IMG/VR virus record: IMGVR_UViG_3300050821_001428
Span: 64,001 to 128,000 of that record
Length of the DNA: 64,000 nucleotides
Source: a virus
Direction: 5' to 3' (one strand)
Both the position numbers and the translations under genes were made by a program. Positions 1-10,162 of the stretch are shown here, piece by piece. The notes under the pieces were generated by a model, which was not told the DNA's origin, searched no databases, and worked only from the letters and a program-made list of their open reading frames with translations. Every line of letters begins with the position of its first letter. The stretch's first letter is position 1.

Positions 1-1
1 C

Positions 2-1006
2 CGTCCATTCCTGTCAAAGATTTACTGGAAGGAAGCGGATGATAGTCGTTTCATCCTGATTCTCAATCCACTTGAGGAAATTGTACGTTTGAAGTTTCAC
101 CCTTTCGTAGAAACCGACGAGGGTGGTCGTGATATTATTGCCCGTACCGATCCTGGTATTGGTGAGCGCGTAGATCCGATTGAGGATAGTTGGGGTTATA
201 CCCCCCGTGTCACCGATCTTATGATCGCCGTTGAGCTTGAGCCTATTTACGAGACTAAGATCGTCAATAAGCGCGAGCGTCAGTCGGTTACTGGATTTGG
301 TGTAGTAACGAGGACTATCGAACGTCGTATTCGTGACGAAGCCGGTGAGCTTACTGATGATAAGGAAGAGGTTGAGATTCCGATTGTAGGATATATCACT
401 CAGTCACCCTTCAACTTTGGTAATCTACTCAATGCTTATGAGAATAACGAGAACCCAATCCACTTGACTCCTTTCAAGGTGACTCAGGTTGGTGCTGGGT
501 CTGGGAAGACATATAGCTTTGACGGCTATCCGGATGCTACATTCGATTTGACTAATCTATTCGAATACATTGAGAATATCTCATATGTTAGCGATCCAGA
601 TGAGTTGATTGATCTTATTGATGGTCTAGAGCAGGAGGATGCCGGTGTAGTTATCGGTCAGTACCTGCTTGATCTGAAGATTAATGAGCTTGCAGATCCG
701 GAATATTATGACGAGATTTTCAAGGCTATCACTAAGCCTTCTCGTTTTCAAAAGGAAACTAAGTCAGATAGTAAATCTGCCAGACCTAAGCGTTCTTCAC
801 AGCGTGCTACTCCTGTAGCTAAGACTGTTGTGTCGGATGATGAGGGAGATGTAGATGACGCACCGGATATAGATGACACTCCAAGTGTTTCTAATAAACC
901 CGTAGCACGCTCTCGTAAGCCAGGGGAGTCTAAGAGCAGTCCTTCCTCTGCGCGTACAAAGCTTGAAGAACTCAAGGCTCTTCAAGCTATCAAGGCCGCT
1001 GCATAA
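2..1006 (+). CDS. Replication-module protein, possibly ssDNA-binding protein (5'-truncated by window edge)
   Basis: The frame is open from base 2 (RPFLSKIYWKE...) into the listed ORF. It has a low-complexity acidic/basic C-terminal tail, is followed by a strong terminator and sits before RNase H/DnaE/RecA. The SSB call comes from context only. Confidence 0.35.
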   Translation, partial: RPFLSKIYWKEADDSRFILILNPLEEIVRLKFHPFVETDEGGRDIIARTDPGIGERVDPIEDSWGYTPRVTDLMIAVELEPIYETKIVNKRERQSVTGFGVVTRTIERRIRDEAGELTDDKEEVEIPIVGYITQSPFNFGNLLNAYENNENPIHLTPFKVTQVGAGSGKTYSFDGYPDATFDLTNLFEYIENISYVSDPDELIDLIDGLEQEDAGVVIGQYLLDLKINELADPEYYDEIFKAITKPSRFQKETKSDSKSARPKRSSQRATPVAKTVVSDDEGDVDDAPDIDDTPSVSNKPVARSRKPGESKSSPSSARTKLEELKALQAIKAAA

Positions 1007-1025
1007 TCGCTCTAGTTGATATCAT

Positions 1026-1064
1026 ACCTATGATCCACCTGTGATGGGTGGATCATAGGTTTTA
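1026..1064 (+). terminator. Intrinsic terminator
   Basis: ACCTATGATCCACC-tgtgatg-GGTGGATCATAGGT, a 14-bp perfect stem followed by TTT, 20 nt after a stop codon. Confidence 0.8.
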
Positions 1065-1085
1065 TCAGTCATCATTAGAGGTTAA

Positions 1086-1559
1086 ATGTCGCATAAATCA
1101 ACCGAGCAGCCACAAAATTGGGCGCTTTATACCGATGGTTCAAGCGACTCAAGGGATAAGTCCGGAGGTTGGGCTTGGGTAGCATTCGACGCTTATCAGG
1201 GAGAGATGTCTGATAGTGGCGGAATAATGGGTACTACCAATAATCGTATGGAAATGACAGCCTGGATTGAGGGTTTACAAGAGTTATTCCTCTTATTTGG
1301 CGCATGTCGTGTTATAGTGTACTCTGACAGTGAATATGTCGGGCTAGGCGCGATGGATCGCGGTCGGCACCGTAATAAAAATAACGATTTGTGGAAACAA
1401 TTAGATCAGATCATTGACAACCATCTTTATGTGGAGTTTAACCACGTTAAGGGACATAAAGATGATGTAGTCAATAATATTGTCGATGTCATGGCGGGGA
1501 ACGCAAGGAAACAATACCGAGATGAGCATAAAGCATATGAACCCAGCCCCATTGCATGA
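1086..1559 (+). CDS. rnhA: Ribonuclease HI
   Basis: Motifs YTDGS, TTNNRMEM, YSDSEY, NNDLWK, HVKGH and N..VD.MA. Confidence 0.93.
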   Translation: MSHKSTEQPQNWALYTDGSSDSRDKSGGWAWVAFDAYQGEMSDSGGIMGTTNNRMEMTAWIEGLQELFLLFGACRVIVYSDSEYVGLGAMDRGRHRNKNNDLWKQLDQIIDNHLYVEFNHVKGHKDDVVNNIVDVMAGNARKQYRDEHKAYEPSPIA

Positions 1560-4500
1560 TCACTCTATGTGGTCGCAGCTTGACGGTTGGTCTACCCCTG
1601 AGGAAATGGCACAAAGAGCCGTCCAGATTGGAGCGTGCGGCTGCGGCATCAGCGACCACGGCAATGTCGCCGGGCACCTAGAGTTCGCAAAGGCTACTCA
1701 TAAATATGATATCAAGCCTGTTTTTGGCGTCGAGCTATATCACGGTCTTAAACCAGTGCATGATAAAGAACGCGATCAGGCACACCTGATCGCCTTTGCA
1801 CAGAATGACGAGGGATTACGTAACCTATGGCGTCTGGTCAACCAGACTGGACGCAATGATCACTTCCACCACGTAGGTCGTGTGTTTTGGGATGACCTAG
1901 AGAAGTATAAAGATGGGATTACATTCACATCCGCATGTGCCCTTGGCTTAGTTCCTCGTGAGATTGTTAAGGGTAACTACGATTCGTTGAATCGTTATCT
2001 AGATATCCTCCGCGACAATTTCTTCATTGAAATCAGCACATATCCTGGTGATGCTGTCTTTAAGGACAAGGATAGCGAGCATGGTATATCTATGCGTACA
2101 TATAATGAAGCTCTGGTTGATATTGCTCATGAGCGCGGTATCCCTATCGTTTATGGAGATGATGGGCACTACTCATCTCCAGACCAATTTGTATTCCATG
2201 ACGCTTACTTAGCGCGACAGACTAATCAATCTGTTTATACACCTATTGAAGATCGCACGATGTATCACCCACCAAACGCGGTAGTGATCAAAGATATAGA
2301 TATGATTTATGAAAATCTTTCGTATCTTCCTGTCGCTGTGATCGATGAGGCTGTCAATAATGCTAATGTTATTATTCAACGCGCATCTGCGCAATTGCCC
2401 GAGATTCGCAGACACCTGCCTGTATACCTTCCGTCCACTTCGCCTTGGGTGACAGAAGAACAGAAGCAGCTATCGCCTGAAGAGCTATTTATTAATCTGG
2501 TAACAGACGGGATTCATGCACGATATGGAGACACGCCTTCGGATGCGGTCTGGGAACGAACCTTCTATGAGGTCGAAACACTAATCCGTGACGGTATTCA
2601 CCATTACTTCCTCATGGGTTGGGATGAGATGAAGATAGCTGATGAATTAGGCATCGAACGTGGCCCTGGGCGTGGTTCAAGCGGCGGGTCTATCGTCGCT
2701 TATGCCCTGAGTATCACTGATGTATGTCCCTTGCACTATGGGCTTATTTTTGAACGTTTCTGGAACTCAGGTCGTGTAGATGGCTTCCCCGATATCGACT
2801 CGGACTTCAGTCGTGCAAGACGTGGCGAGATGATTGAAGCATTACGCAAGCGTTGGGGCAATGATAGAGTCGTTGCTATCGGTACGACTGGTTATCTCAA
2901 GCCTAAGGCCGTTATTGATAAGCTATCTGGTGCCTGCGAAATCACTTATAAAGAAGTCGACGAGCTAAAGGGGATCGTAGGTCGCACAACTAAGATCGAA
3001 ATCCTTGGTCATGAGCAGATCGGTTGGAATCCGGATCTAGAACCCGGCAAGAAATATTATGTTAAGGATGACGTAGGCGAGGATATTATCCAATGGATCA
3101 ATGCCGACCCAGAACGTGCTGATAAGCGTGAATATTTTGTATTAATGTGTGAGGCTACCTGCTCTCGCGTATCGCAGTACGGCGTTCACGCATCTGGCCT
3201 AGTGATTAGCGATGTTGATACCGATTCCGAGCTACCTGCCCAAATTCGCGGTGGTAAGGATGGCGTACCCGCGACGATGTTTACAATGTCTGACGTAGAT
3301 AAACGTATGTTTGTTAAGCTAGATATTCTCGGTTTACGAACCCTTGACGTTCTTGCGTATTGGAAGAATGCCATGAAGGATGGGCATGATATCGATATTC
3401 AATGGTCAGGTCTTGATCGTCAAGACCATCCGGACGATATGTGGAAAATGATCCATCAAGGATTTACCGCCGGTATCTTCCAAGTCGAAGATGGATACGG
3501 GCGTCAGCTATGTAAACGAATGCTACCAAATTCTATTATGGATCTTGCGGTGATTGGTGCTTTAAACCGACCTGGACCGATCCAAGCTGGTATTCCAGAC
3601 AACTATATAGCCAGACGTAATGGCGAGCAAGAGGTTAGTTATCCGCACCCAAGATTTGAAGAGCTAATGGCCAAGCATCTTGATAATACTTATGGATTGT
3701 GGTGTTTCCAAGAGCAGATTATTAACTACTTTAATGAACTTGGTTACACCAAGAGTGAGTCGGATGCTATTCGTAAGATTATGGGTAAGAAAAAGCCAGA
3801 GCAGATGGATGCTGTACGAGATGGCGGAGATGAGTGGGAGGGTCGTGGGTATCTGCATATGGCGGTTGAAGCGGGTATCCCTCTAGATATTGCCGAGCGC
3901 ATCTGGGAAGATCTTGAGGGCTTTGCTGATTACTGTTTCAACCTGTCTCACTCTGTCGTATACGGAGTGATTACGTTCCGTACAGTATTTGCTAAATACT
4001 ATGGTGCTCCTGAATTCTATGCTGCGGTGATTCGCTCGCTTGTACCTTCTTCAGAAGATGGTGATTCTAAGAAAAAGACTTCTAGTGGCGATAAACGTAA
4101 GAAGATGCTTCCTGTTATTGTTCAAGAATGTCGTAGGTTAGGTATCGATATTCAGCCGCCCGATATTAGATACTCTAAGGGGTATACATATGCCGAACAA
4201 GGGTCGGTCTACCTCGGATTTAGTGAGATTAACACCGTTCGTGCTAGCGGTAGCTATATCGTGGAGTTGCGAGATAAACACAATCTAGACATCTCAACAT
4301 TCGAAAATTTCCAAGCATCATTTAATGCTTATAATGATAGTTGGAATGCTTCCAAAAAAGCAGCTATCAAAGCGGGAATCGGTGAGGACTATGCCAGTAT
4401 CCGTTCGCCTAAGCAGAGATTAGGTGCTAAGAAAATTGTAAACCTAGGCCGGGTCGGTGCTTGGAATAACATTGTCGGTATGACGCATTCTATGACAGAA

Positions 4501-4914
4501 CAACAGGAGATTGAAGAAGAACTCCTTGAATGTGTGCTTACTGATAACTCACTAGAAATTCTAGAATCTAACTTAGAGCGTATTAGCGAATGTGATGATT
4601 ATGCCGATGTGCTAATGTCATGGGTGGATAAGGCATATGACGTGGAAGACCCGAATAGTTACATTGATTATATGCTCCCTGGGGTGATTACTAATATTGA
4701 TGAGAAAATTGCTCGTAAAAGCGGCGAACCTTTTGGTATACTTACAGTTACATATGAAGAAAATGAAATTGAATTTATCGTGTATGCTACGTTATGGAAG
4801 CGGGTTAAGCCGAATTTCAAGATACGCACACCGGGGATCTTCGAAATTCGTCAGGGTCCCGATACGCAATGGGGTCCATCGTATGTATTCAGAAACGGGA
4901 GCATTTTAAAGTAA
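1522..4914 (+). CDS. dnaE: DNA polymerase III alpha subunit (DnaE-type, PHP domain)
   Basis: PHP motifs HDHS.WS.LDG, SDHG, GVELY and DGHY; GPGRGSSGGS; FERF; PDIDSD; HASG; KLDILGL; GIFQ; C-terminal OB fold. Start placed at ATG 1522, after AAGGAAA; the ORF track starts at 1480. Confidence 0.95.
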   Translation: MSIKHMNPAPLHDHSMWSQLDGWSTPEEMAQRAVQIGACGCGISDHGNVAGHLEFAKATHKYDIKPVFGVELYHGLKPVHDKERDQAHLIAFAQNDEGLRNLWRLVNQTGRNDHFHHVGRVFWDDLEKYKDGITFTSACALGLVPREIVKGNYDSLNRYLDILRDNFFIEISTYPGDAVFKDKDSEHGISMRTYNEALVDIAHERGIPIVYGDDGHYSSPDQFVFHDAYLARQTNQSVYTPIEDRTMYHPPNAVVIKDIDMIYENLSYLPVAVIDEAVNNANVIIQRASAQLPEIRRHLPVYLPSTSPWVTEEQKQLSPEELFINLVTDGIHARYGDTPSDAVWERTFYEVETLIRDGIHHYFLMGWDEMKIADELGIERGPGRGSSGGSIVAYALSITDVCPLHYGLIFERFWNSGRVDGFPDIDSDFSRARRGEMIEALRKRWGNDRVVAIGTTGYLKPKAVIDKLSGACEITYKEVDELKGIVGRTTKIEILGHEQIGWNPDLEPGKKYYVKDDVGEDIIQWINADPERADKREYFVLMCEATCSRVSQYGVHASGLVISDVDTDSELPAQIRGGKDGVPATMFTMSDVDKRMFVKLDILGLRTLDVLAYWKNAMKDGHDIDIQWSGLDRQDHPDDMWKMIHQGFTAGIFQVEDGYGRQLCKRMLPNSIMDLAVIGALNRPGPIQAGIPDNYIARRNGEQEVSYPHPRFEELMAKHLDNTYGLWCFQEQIINYFNELGYTKSESDAIRKIMGKKKPEQMDAVRDGGDEWEGRGYLHMAVEAGIPLDIAERIWEDLEGFADYCFNLSHSVVYGVITFRTVFAKYYGAPEFYAAVIRSLVPSSEDGDSKKKTSSGDKRKKMLPVIVQECRRLGIDIQPPDIRYSKGYTYAEQGSVYLGFSEINTVRASGSYIVELRDKHNLDISTFENFQASFNAYNDSWNASKKAAIKAGIGEDYASIRSPKQRLGAKKIVNLGRVGAWNNIVGMTHSMTEQQEIEEELLECVLTDNSLEILESNLERISECDDYADVLMSWVDKAYDVEDPNSYIDYMLPGVITNIDEKIARKSGEPFGILTVTYEENEIEFIVYATLWKRVKPNFKIRTPGIFEIRQGPDTQWGPSYVFRNGSILK

Positions 4915-6036
4915 ATGAGTAATCTTAATAAACTTAAAGAAGTATATGCTAGACGCTATGGTAATGAATACGTAAACGTAGATGGCAAGAAATATAGTCT
5001 AGATGTAGTGCCAACAGGATCGCTAATGATGGACTATAAAACCGGTATTGGCGGGTTCCCCTACGGAGGGACCGTTGAGGTATTTGGAGGTAACCGAATC
5101 GGCAAGAGTTCGGCAGTATTATATCCCGTCCTTGGCAATGTGCAAAAGCAGGGGAAGATCCCCGCTCTTATTCAGGTAGAGCCGCGCTTTCGTACAGAGG
5201 AAGATAAGGAATGGGCACGTCGTATTGGTGGGTTTGATCCTGATAATGCCCTGATCCTTGAACCCGATCATGCTGACGAGGCATTCGACATGCTCAGAGA
5301 CTTAGTGTTTGATGACGTGGTACAGTATATCGCCATCGACTCACTTGGCGCATTAGGTAATAGAACGAGTGCCGTCAAGGACGGTAAGCCTAAAGCTTAT
5401 GGTATTTCTGGTGCTGTTACTTCGGTTATGAATGATATCTTACCGCGCTTACATAAGAACAAGATAGGATTGCTGGTATTAAATCAGCAACGCCAAACCG
5501 GGCAATATAATGGCACTACTATGTACGACTCTCCTGGTGGGGAGGGTTTACATCACAATATGATGATGCGTATTCAATTAAAGCCCAACGGTAAACAGCG
5601 TTTTAACGCGACCGTTGATGGCGACACGGTATTGGTAGGACGAGATGTCAAAGCAGTATTCGTAAAGAATAATCTATCTGAGTCACAAGAGAAGACAGCT
5701 ACTTTTAATTTCTTCTTTATCGAGACAGATAAATACGGCATTGGTATTGATAAGGCTGGTGATGTTGTTAATACGGGCGTGCTGACGGGTGTTATCAAAA
5801 GGTCTGGTGCCTGGTATACACATCCAACATTCCCTAAGATCAAGAGCGGCGAGAGTAAAATCAATGGCGTAGATGCAACGGGAACATTTTTGGTTGAAAA
5901 TCCCGATGCTTATCAACAGGTTCGCGCCGAGGTGTTAGAGTCGATGGTTCGTAAGGAACTTAATGCGAAGGCGAAGCTACGCGATATTAAGCACGCCAAT
6001 GTATCGGTAGAAGCGGATACGGACGAGGATGAATGA
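4915..6036 (+). CDS. recA: RecA/UvsX-like recombinase
   Basis: PTGS, G.P.G..VEVFG, Walker A GGNRIGKS, IAIDSLGAL, LNQQR, SPGG.GL, VKN and C-terminal GVIKRSGAWY. Confidence 0.92.
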   Translation: MSNLNKLKEVYARRYGNEYVNVDGKKYSLDVVPTGSLMMDYKTGIGGFPYGGTVEVFGGNRIGKSSAVLYPVLGNVQKQGKIPALIQVEPRFRTEEDKEWARRIGGFDPDNALILEPDHADEAFDMLRDLVFDDVVQYIAIDSLGALGNRTSAVKDGKPKAYGISGAVTSVMNDILPRLHKNKIGLLVLNQQRQTGQYNGTTMYDSPGGEGLHHNMMMRIQLKPNGKQRFNATVDGDTVLVGRDVKAVFVKNNLSESQEKTATFNFFFIETDKYGIGIDKAGDVVNTGVLTGVIKRSGAWYTHPTFPKIKSGESKINGVDATGTFLVENPDAYQQVRAEVLESMVRKELNAKAKLRDIKHANVSVEADTDEDE

Positions 6037-6048
6037 ATAGACTGAGTA

Positions 6049-6411
6049 ATGGCTCATAGAGGGACTAAAAAAGAGCTATCGGTTCGTCATGAAAATCATG
6101 TAGCACATGTGTTGGGCGGCAAGCGTAGTAAGTCGTCGGGGGCATCTGTAACCGATAAGGGCGATGTTCGCGCTAATGACCTTGTTATAGAGTGTAAAAT
6201 GACAATGGGTCGCCTACCTACTTTTATAAGACAATTTGAAAAGGTTGCATCAGAAGCGTATGAAGAAGGGTTAACGCCCATGATGACACTTCGGTATTAT
6301 GATCCCGTTAGTATCATCTCTGATACTAACGGTTGGATAGATATAGCTGTTATGCTTTTGGGTGACGCCGGTGAACGAGAGGAAATATTTTATGCCGATA
6401 AAATTCGATAA
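6049..6411 (+). CDS. Holliday junction resolvase-like PD-(D/E)XK nuclease
   Basis: HE..VA..LGG.R...SGA...KGDV....VIECK pattern; adjacent to RecA. Confidence 0.75.
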   Translation: MAHRGTKKELSVRHENHVAHVLGGKRSKSSGASVTDKGDVRANDLVIECKMTMGRLPTFIRQFEKVASEAYEEGLTPMMTLRYYDPVSIISDTNGWIDIAVMLLGDAGEREEIFYADKIR

Positions 6412-7252
6412 GGATCAAAACAAAGCTATTAATAAGAAGGCTTATAACAGGGCCAACGCCGGGTCCACCGGATACCATAAGACCATCTTAGCTAATCAGT
6501 TAGATGAAGCTTTCAAACGTTTTAATGGTGATTTTGAATTTATTTATGAACCGAAAAAGAGTGATCAAGGTTGGCATCCGAGCGGTGACTGTTTACCTCC
6601 GGTGAGTTACCTATGGGGCAAGGCGTATGCTTCTTTGCATCCTGAGACAGCTACGGTACCGGGAAAGGATCTAAGCCACCTTAATAAGATTTTTATGGTA
6701 GGCCATTATTGGCACCAGATCATTCAGCATATTATCATTACAGAATGTTGGGCAGCACCTTCGGCTATTGAAGGTATTGGTTATCGCACATGGGATGATG
6801 AGGGTGAGTATATTTACACCGTGGGGAGTCACGCTGACCAGAGTCAGGTTGACACGGCACATAACAGCAACTACGAGTCTGTCAAGCCGTTTCATTATGT
6901 ACGAGGCCAAGGCGATGTAGCCCCTCTGATTATGTCTAGCTGGGCGGGACTTGTGGATATTAAGACGATGAATCCGGATGACTTTAAACGAGGGTTATTA
7001 CAGTCACGGTTTGCTAATAAATATTTAGCGCAAATCAATATATATATGGACCTATTTGATCTAGATCAAGCATTAATTCTGGCTGTAGATAAGGGTTCTT
7101 CTGCGTTTGCCGAGTATACTTTTGTCAGAGATCAAAAGCTTATCGATCAGATTTATACTAAGTGGGAAAGAGTTAGTTGGTTACTCGATCATGATCAAGA
7201 GCCATCATCATTAGATGATAATATGTTTGAACTATATATAGGAGATGAATAA
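6392..7252 (+). CDS. Cas4/RecB-like PD-(D/E)XK exonuclease
   Basis: HPS, G..WH..IQ, G.GD, LVDIKT and Q...YM motifs. Start set at ATG 6392, after GAGAGGA. Confidence 0.75.
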   Translation: MPIKFDKDQNKAINKKAYNRANAGSTGYHKTILANQLDEAFKRFNGDFEFIYEPKKSDQGWHPSGDCLPPVSYLWGKAYASLHPETATVPGKDLSHLNKIFMVGHYWHQIIQHIIITECWAAPSAIEGIGYRTWDDEGEYIYTVGSHADQSQVDTAHNSNYESVKPFHYVRGQGDVAPLIMSSWAGLVDIKTMNPDDFKRGLLQSRFANKYLAQINIYMDLFDLDQALILAVDKGSSAFAEYTFVRDQKLIDQIYTKWERVSWLLDHDQEPSSLDDNMFELYIGDE

Positions 7253-7680
7253 TGTTAGAGACATATCAAGCAGAGACTGATTACCACACAATACTCTGGT
7301 ATCAGGCCGGACCCATGAGCAAAATCGACAAATTTAATATTCCGGCATTCTTAGCAACACAGACGGACCTAAGAGATCGTGGTTATACAACACATCTACC
7401 AGCCGATCTGGACGATCCCGAGATTGTTGCTGAGCTACTAGCATCTGATGGTTCTCCTAGTTCTAGCGTCCTTACATGGGGCGAATGTCTAGCTGCCGAC
7501 GTAATCCTAATCAGTGATATATGTGGGGGTGTAGCGGTGATGACAGGATGGGAAAATTCTAGAGGTGCGTGCTTAGAAACATTCACGGCTAGATTGCACG
7601 GTAAACCTGTGGTATATACAGATACCATGCTTCCTGTTTCTTCCCAAACACTGATTGACGCCTGGGGCCAGTGGGCATAA
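7252..7680 (+). CDS. DUF4406-like / nucleoside deoxyribosyltransferase-fold protein
   Basis: Y.AGPMS...FN.PAF and GWENSRGACLE...A....KPV signature. Confidence 0.75.
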   Translation: MLETYQAETDYHTILWYQAGPMSKIDKFNIPAFLATQTDLRDRGYTTHLPADLDDPEIVAELLASDGSPSSSVLTWGECLAADVILISDICGGVAVMTGWENSRGACLETFTARLHGKPVVYTDTMLPVSSQTLIDAWGQWA

Positions 7681-7705
7681 TATTGTAACGCTATCTCTGA
7701 CATAA

Positions 7706-8089
7706 TTGGAGATGGGACAAAGACTCTGGATCTGTAAAAGACAAGTAGACAAGATCAAATGTGGCCATGTGAACCCACGGCGCTTACAGCTATGTGAGAA
7801 ATGTGGGAAGCGTAGGCCAGCAACGAAGAAACCAGCACATATGGCTGTGCTGTCCGAGGTTACATACGAGCAATGTGTTGAGCGTTGGGGCGAGAAGTGC
7901 GGAATCTGCGGGGTGACTCGTAAACCGGGCGCTAGACGTTTAAATCGTGACCACTCACATATTGATGGAACCCTAAGAGGACTTCTATGTACCCGTTGTA
8001 ACCGCGCCCTACATTCGTATATGGATTTAGAATGGATAGAGAATGCCGCAGCTTACCTGAGACGGGCTACGAAAGATATCGATATTTAA
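7706..8089 (+). CDS. Endonuclease VII-family protein with N-terminal Zn ribbon
   Basis: CGICG...L.RDH.H...RGLLC.RCN; additional N-terminal Cys pairs. Confidence 0.85.
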   Translation: MEMGQRLWICKRQVDKIKCGHVNPRRLQLCEKCGKRRPATKKPAHMAVLSEVTYEQCVERWGEKCGICGVTRKPGARRLNRDHSHIDGTLRGLLCTRCNRALHSYMDLEWIENAAAYLRRATKDIDI

Positions 8090-8114
8090 TAGATTAACTT
8101 ATTTATTGATCATA

Positions 8115-8123
8115 TGATATACT
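8115..8123 (+). promoter_or_regulatory. Extended -10 promoter element (TGnTATACT)
   Basis: TG-A-TATACT in an AT-rich gap upstream of the sigma-like gene. Confidence 0.45.
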
Positions 8124-8151
8124 AACATATACAGGTTAAGTATATATAAAA

Positions 8152-8571
8152 ATGACAACAAATAAAAAAATCCCTCGTACTATTTACAAGGAAGAACTAC
8201 CACCACATCGATTCCTACGCGAAATTCTTCGACATTATCTTGAGTTTCGTGACTACGTAGCTCAGGGGAATGATCACGTAATTGAACATAGTTATTTGGT
8301 GAAAGATCCAACAGGGCGCTTAAAGAAGGTTACTATGTCCTTCTCATTCTGGGATCTCCATAGAGGGATTAACGAATTACCTCCCCGTAAGAAGGAAGCC
8401 TTATTCTACAATATTATTCTGGATAAGAAACAGAAGGATGTCGCAGAGATTATGGGTATCAGTACCGTATCGGCTGGCCAGTATTGCGATTTGGGACTCA
8501 AGTCGATTGTAGACCAATTCTACGAAGGTGGCAAGTCTATTATGTCTGAGGTGTATCTAGATGAAAAGTAA
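8152..8571 (+). CDS. Sigma-70 region-4-like HTH transcription factor
   Basis: INELPPRKKEAL...KKQKDVAEIMGISTVSA.......L matches the sigma r4 pattern; no clear region 2. Confidence 0.7.
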   Translation: MTTNKKIPRTIYKEELPPHRFLREILRHYLEFRDYVAQGNDHVIEHSYLVKDPTGRLKKVTMSFSFWDLHRGINELPPRKKEALFYNIILDKKQKDVAEIMGISTVSAGQYCDLGLKSIVDQFYEGGKSIMSEVYLDEK

Positions 8572-9286
8572 TCTACTTGACGACTTTACAGAAGAGCCGG
8601 AAATTACAGAAGAATCCGAAGAGTTACTAACTCTCTCCGATGACGAAGAAGAGATACACGATACAGACGTTGATGAAGACCGTTGGGTACCCAGGTGGAA
8701 ACGTTCTAATTGCCCTAAGAGTACCACCGGTCATAGTGCGATTAAGGATCACATCGCTGCTAAGTTCGGTCGTACCGAATATGTGTGTGAACATTGTGCT
8801 AAACGTAATTGGACGCCATCTGAGCTTGAGTTTATTGCCGATAGTATATTACGAGAGGATTCTAACTCAGAACTCTGCCGTGAATGTTGGAAAGATACTC
8901 CCGAGTCTCTGCCATATGGCAGAGAGACAGGACACACGGAATGGCAATTACAGAAGGATGAGAATGGTGACGCGCTACTCAATGAAGCCGGGGAAGCTGT
9001 TTACGTAGGATATCCAGAACTTACATGTACCAACGGACACAGGTGGTACAAGGGAGAAGGACCGCGTAGAAATATTAATGGCGTAAATCCTATTCTATTT
9101 GAATCTCATATATATAATCGTAAGCGCCGAGAGATTTATTCCGAAGCAGGGGTTCCTGATCCGGCCTATACTATGGATCGTTGGGGCAAGCATCCGGTTG
9201 CTGGTTTATATATTAGGACTAGGCCAGATGGTCGTAAAACCAACTCGCCCGCCCAGCGAGCATCTGGTTCAGGATTCTACCGTTAA
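8561..9286 (+). CDS. Hypothetical Zn-ribbon protein with acidic N-terminus
   Basis: CxxC and C..GH motifs; E/D-rich first 40 aa; overlaps the upstream stop. Confidence 0.6.
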   Translation: MKSNLLDDFTEEPEITEESEELLTLSDDEEEIHDTDVDEDRWVPRWKRSNCPKSTTGHSAIKDHIAAKFGRTEYVCEHCAKRNWTPSELEFIADSILREDSNSELCRECWKDTPESLPYGRETGHTEWQLQKDENGDALLNEAGEAVYVGYPELTCTNGHRWYKGEGPRRNINGVNPILFESHIYNRKRREIYSEAGVPDPAYTMDRWGKHPVAGLYIRTRPDGRKTNSPAQRASGSGFYR

Positions 9287-9319
9287 TGGACTAATGATAG
9301 AAACGATAACTTAATTATT

Positions 9320-10162
9320 ATGAAAGAAGAATTTCAAAAGAAAGTTGATGAACTACTAAGTAAAGAAGCTGCAAAGGAAGCAGCCCAGCAGGAGACAAAT
9401 GCTTTACAGGCTGTATCTGGTGACGAACGCGCCCATCGCCAAGCGATTAAGCAATCACGTTCGGTGCAAGGTATGGAGAAGAAATGGCAAGATCAGGATC
9501 GAGCCGTGCTTGCCGCTGCTATTGCAGCTAATGCCCCTCCTGTAAAATCTGAAGGACGTTGTACAATCTGCCAGTCGTCCCACCGTTTGTGGGTAGAACG
9601 CCAACTGATTCGTGGCATAGCGTATACGGCTATTGCTAAATCCATCCCAGGTGTTAACGTAGACACCTTCCGTAGAGCTTTACCAAAGCATTACAAGGAG
9701 CATATGGATCTGGAAGGTGCTCAGGTCCGTGCTATCCTAGAAGAAGAATCTGATCTACTCCAGCAGAATTACGAAGAAGGCGTAAAGGGCGCATTCACCT
9801 ATCGAGCCGCGTTAGATGTCATGATTCGTAAAGGCTATAGTGATGTATTGGATGACATTACAACGGTTGAACCCAAGGACATCATCAAGTTCATGGAATT
9901 AGCTGATAAGATGAATGGTGCATCCGCTACACGTATGGTAGAAGAAGCCCGAGCAGCGGTTAACATCTTCATGGAAGCTATCCGTAATGTATTTACGGAT
10001 AATTTAGATAGAGATATGGCCGATTTTCTCTCTGCCGGTATTGTTAAAGAGGTTAAGAGACTTCGTGAACAGAATGAGCTAGAAGCTCAAATCGAAGATA
10101 ACATGAGGCAGCTACCTAGTGTCAAGTCAGCAAATAATAGTAACACCGCAACTCCTGAATAA
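9320..10162 (+). CDS. Hypothetical protein (Zn-finger/HTH plus helical region; possibly terminase-small-like)
   Basis: CTICQ..HR followed by an HTH-like segment and H...H; function is not established. Confidence 0.45.
   Translation: MKEEFQKKVDELLSKEAAKEAAQQETNALQAVSGDERAHRQAIKQSRSVQGMEKKWQDQDRAVLAAAIAANAPPVKSEGRCTICQSSHRLWVERQLIRGIAYTAIAKSIPGVNVDTFRRALPKHYKEHMDLEGAQVRAILEEESDLLQQNYEEGVKGAFTYRAALDVMIRKGYSDVLDDITTVEPKDIIKFMELADKMNGASATRMVEEARAAVNIFMEAIRNVFTDNLDRDMADFLSAGIVKEVKRLREQNELEAQIEDNMRQLPSVKSANNSNTATPE

Noticed and set aside
1480-1559. RNase H-DnaE fusion by frameshift
   Set aside because: A short overlap with a plausible RBS and ATG at 1522 explains it; no slippery site is evident.
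6392-7252. Cas4 as part of a CRISPR system
   Set aside because: No array or other cas genes and no four-Cys cluster; stand-alone phage nucleases of this type are common.
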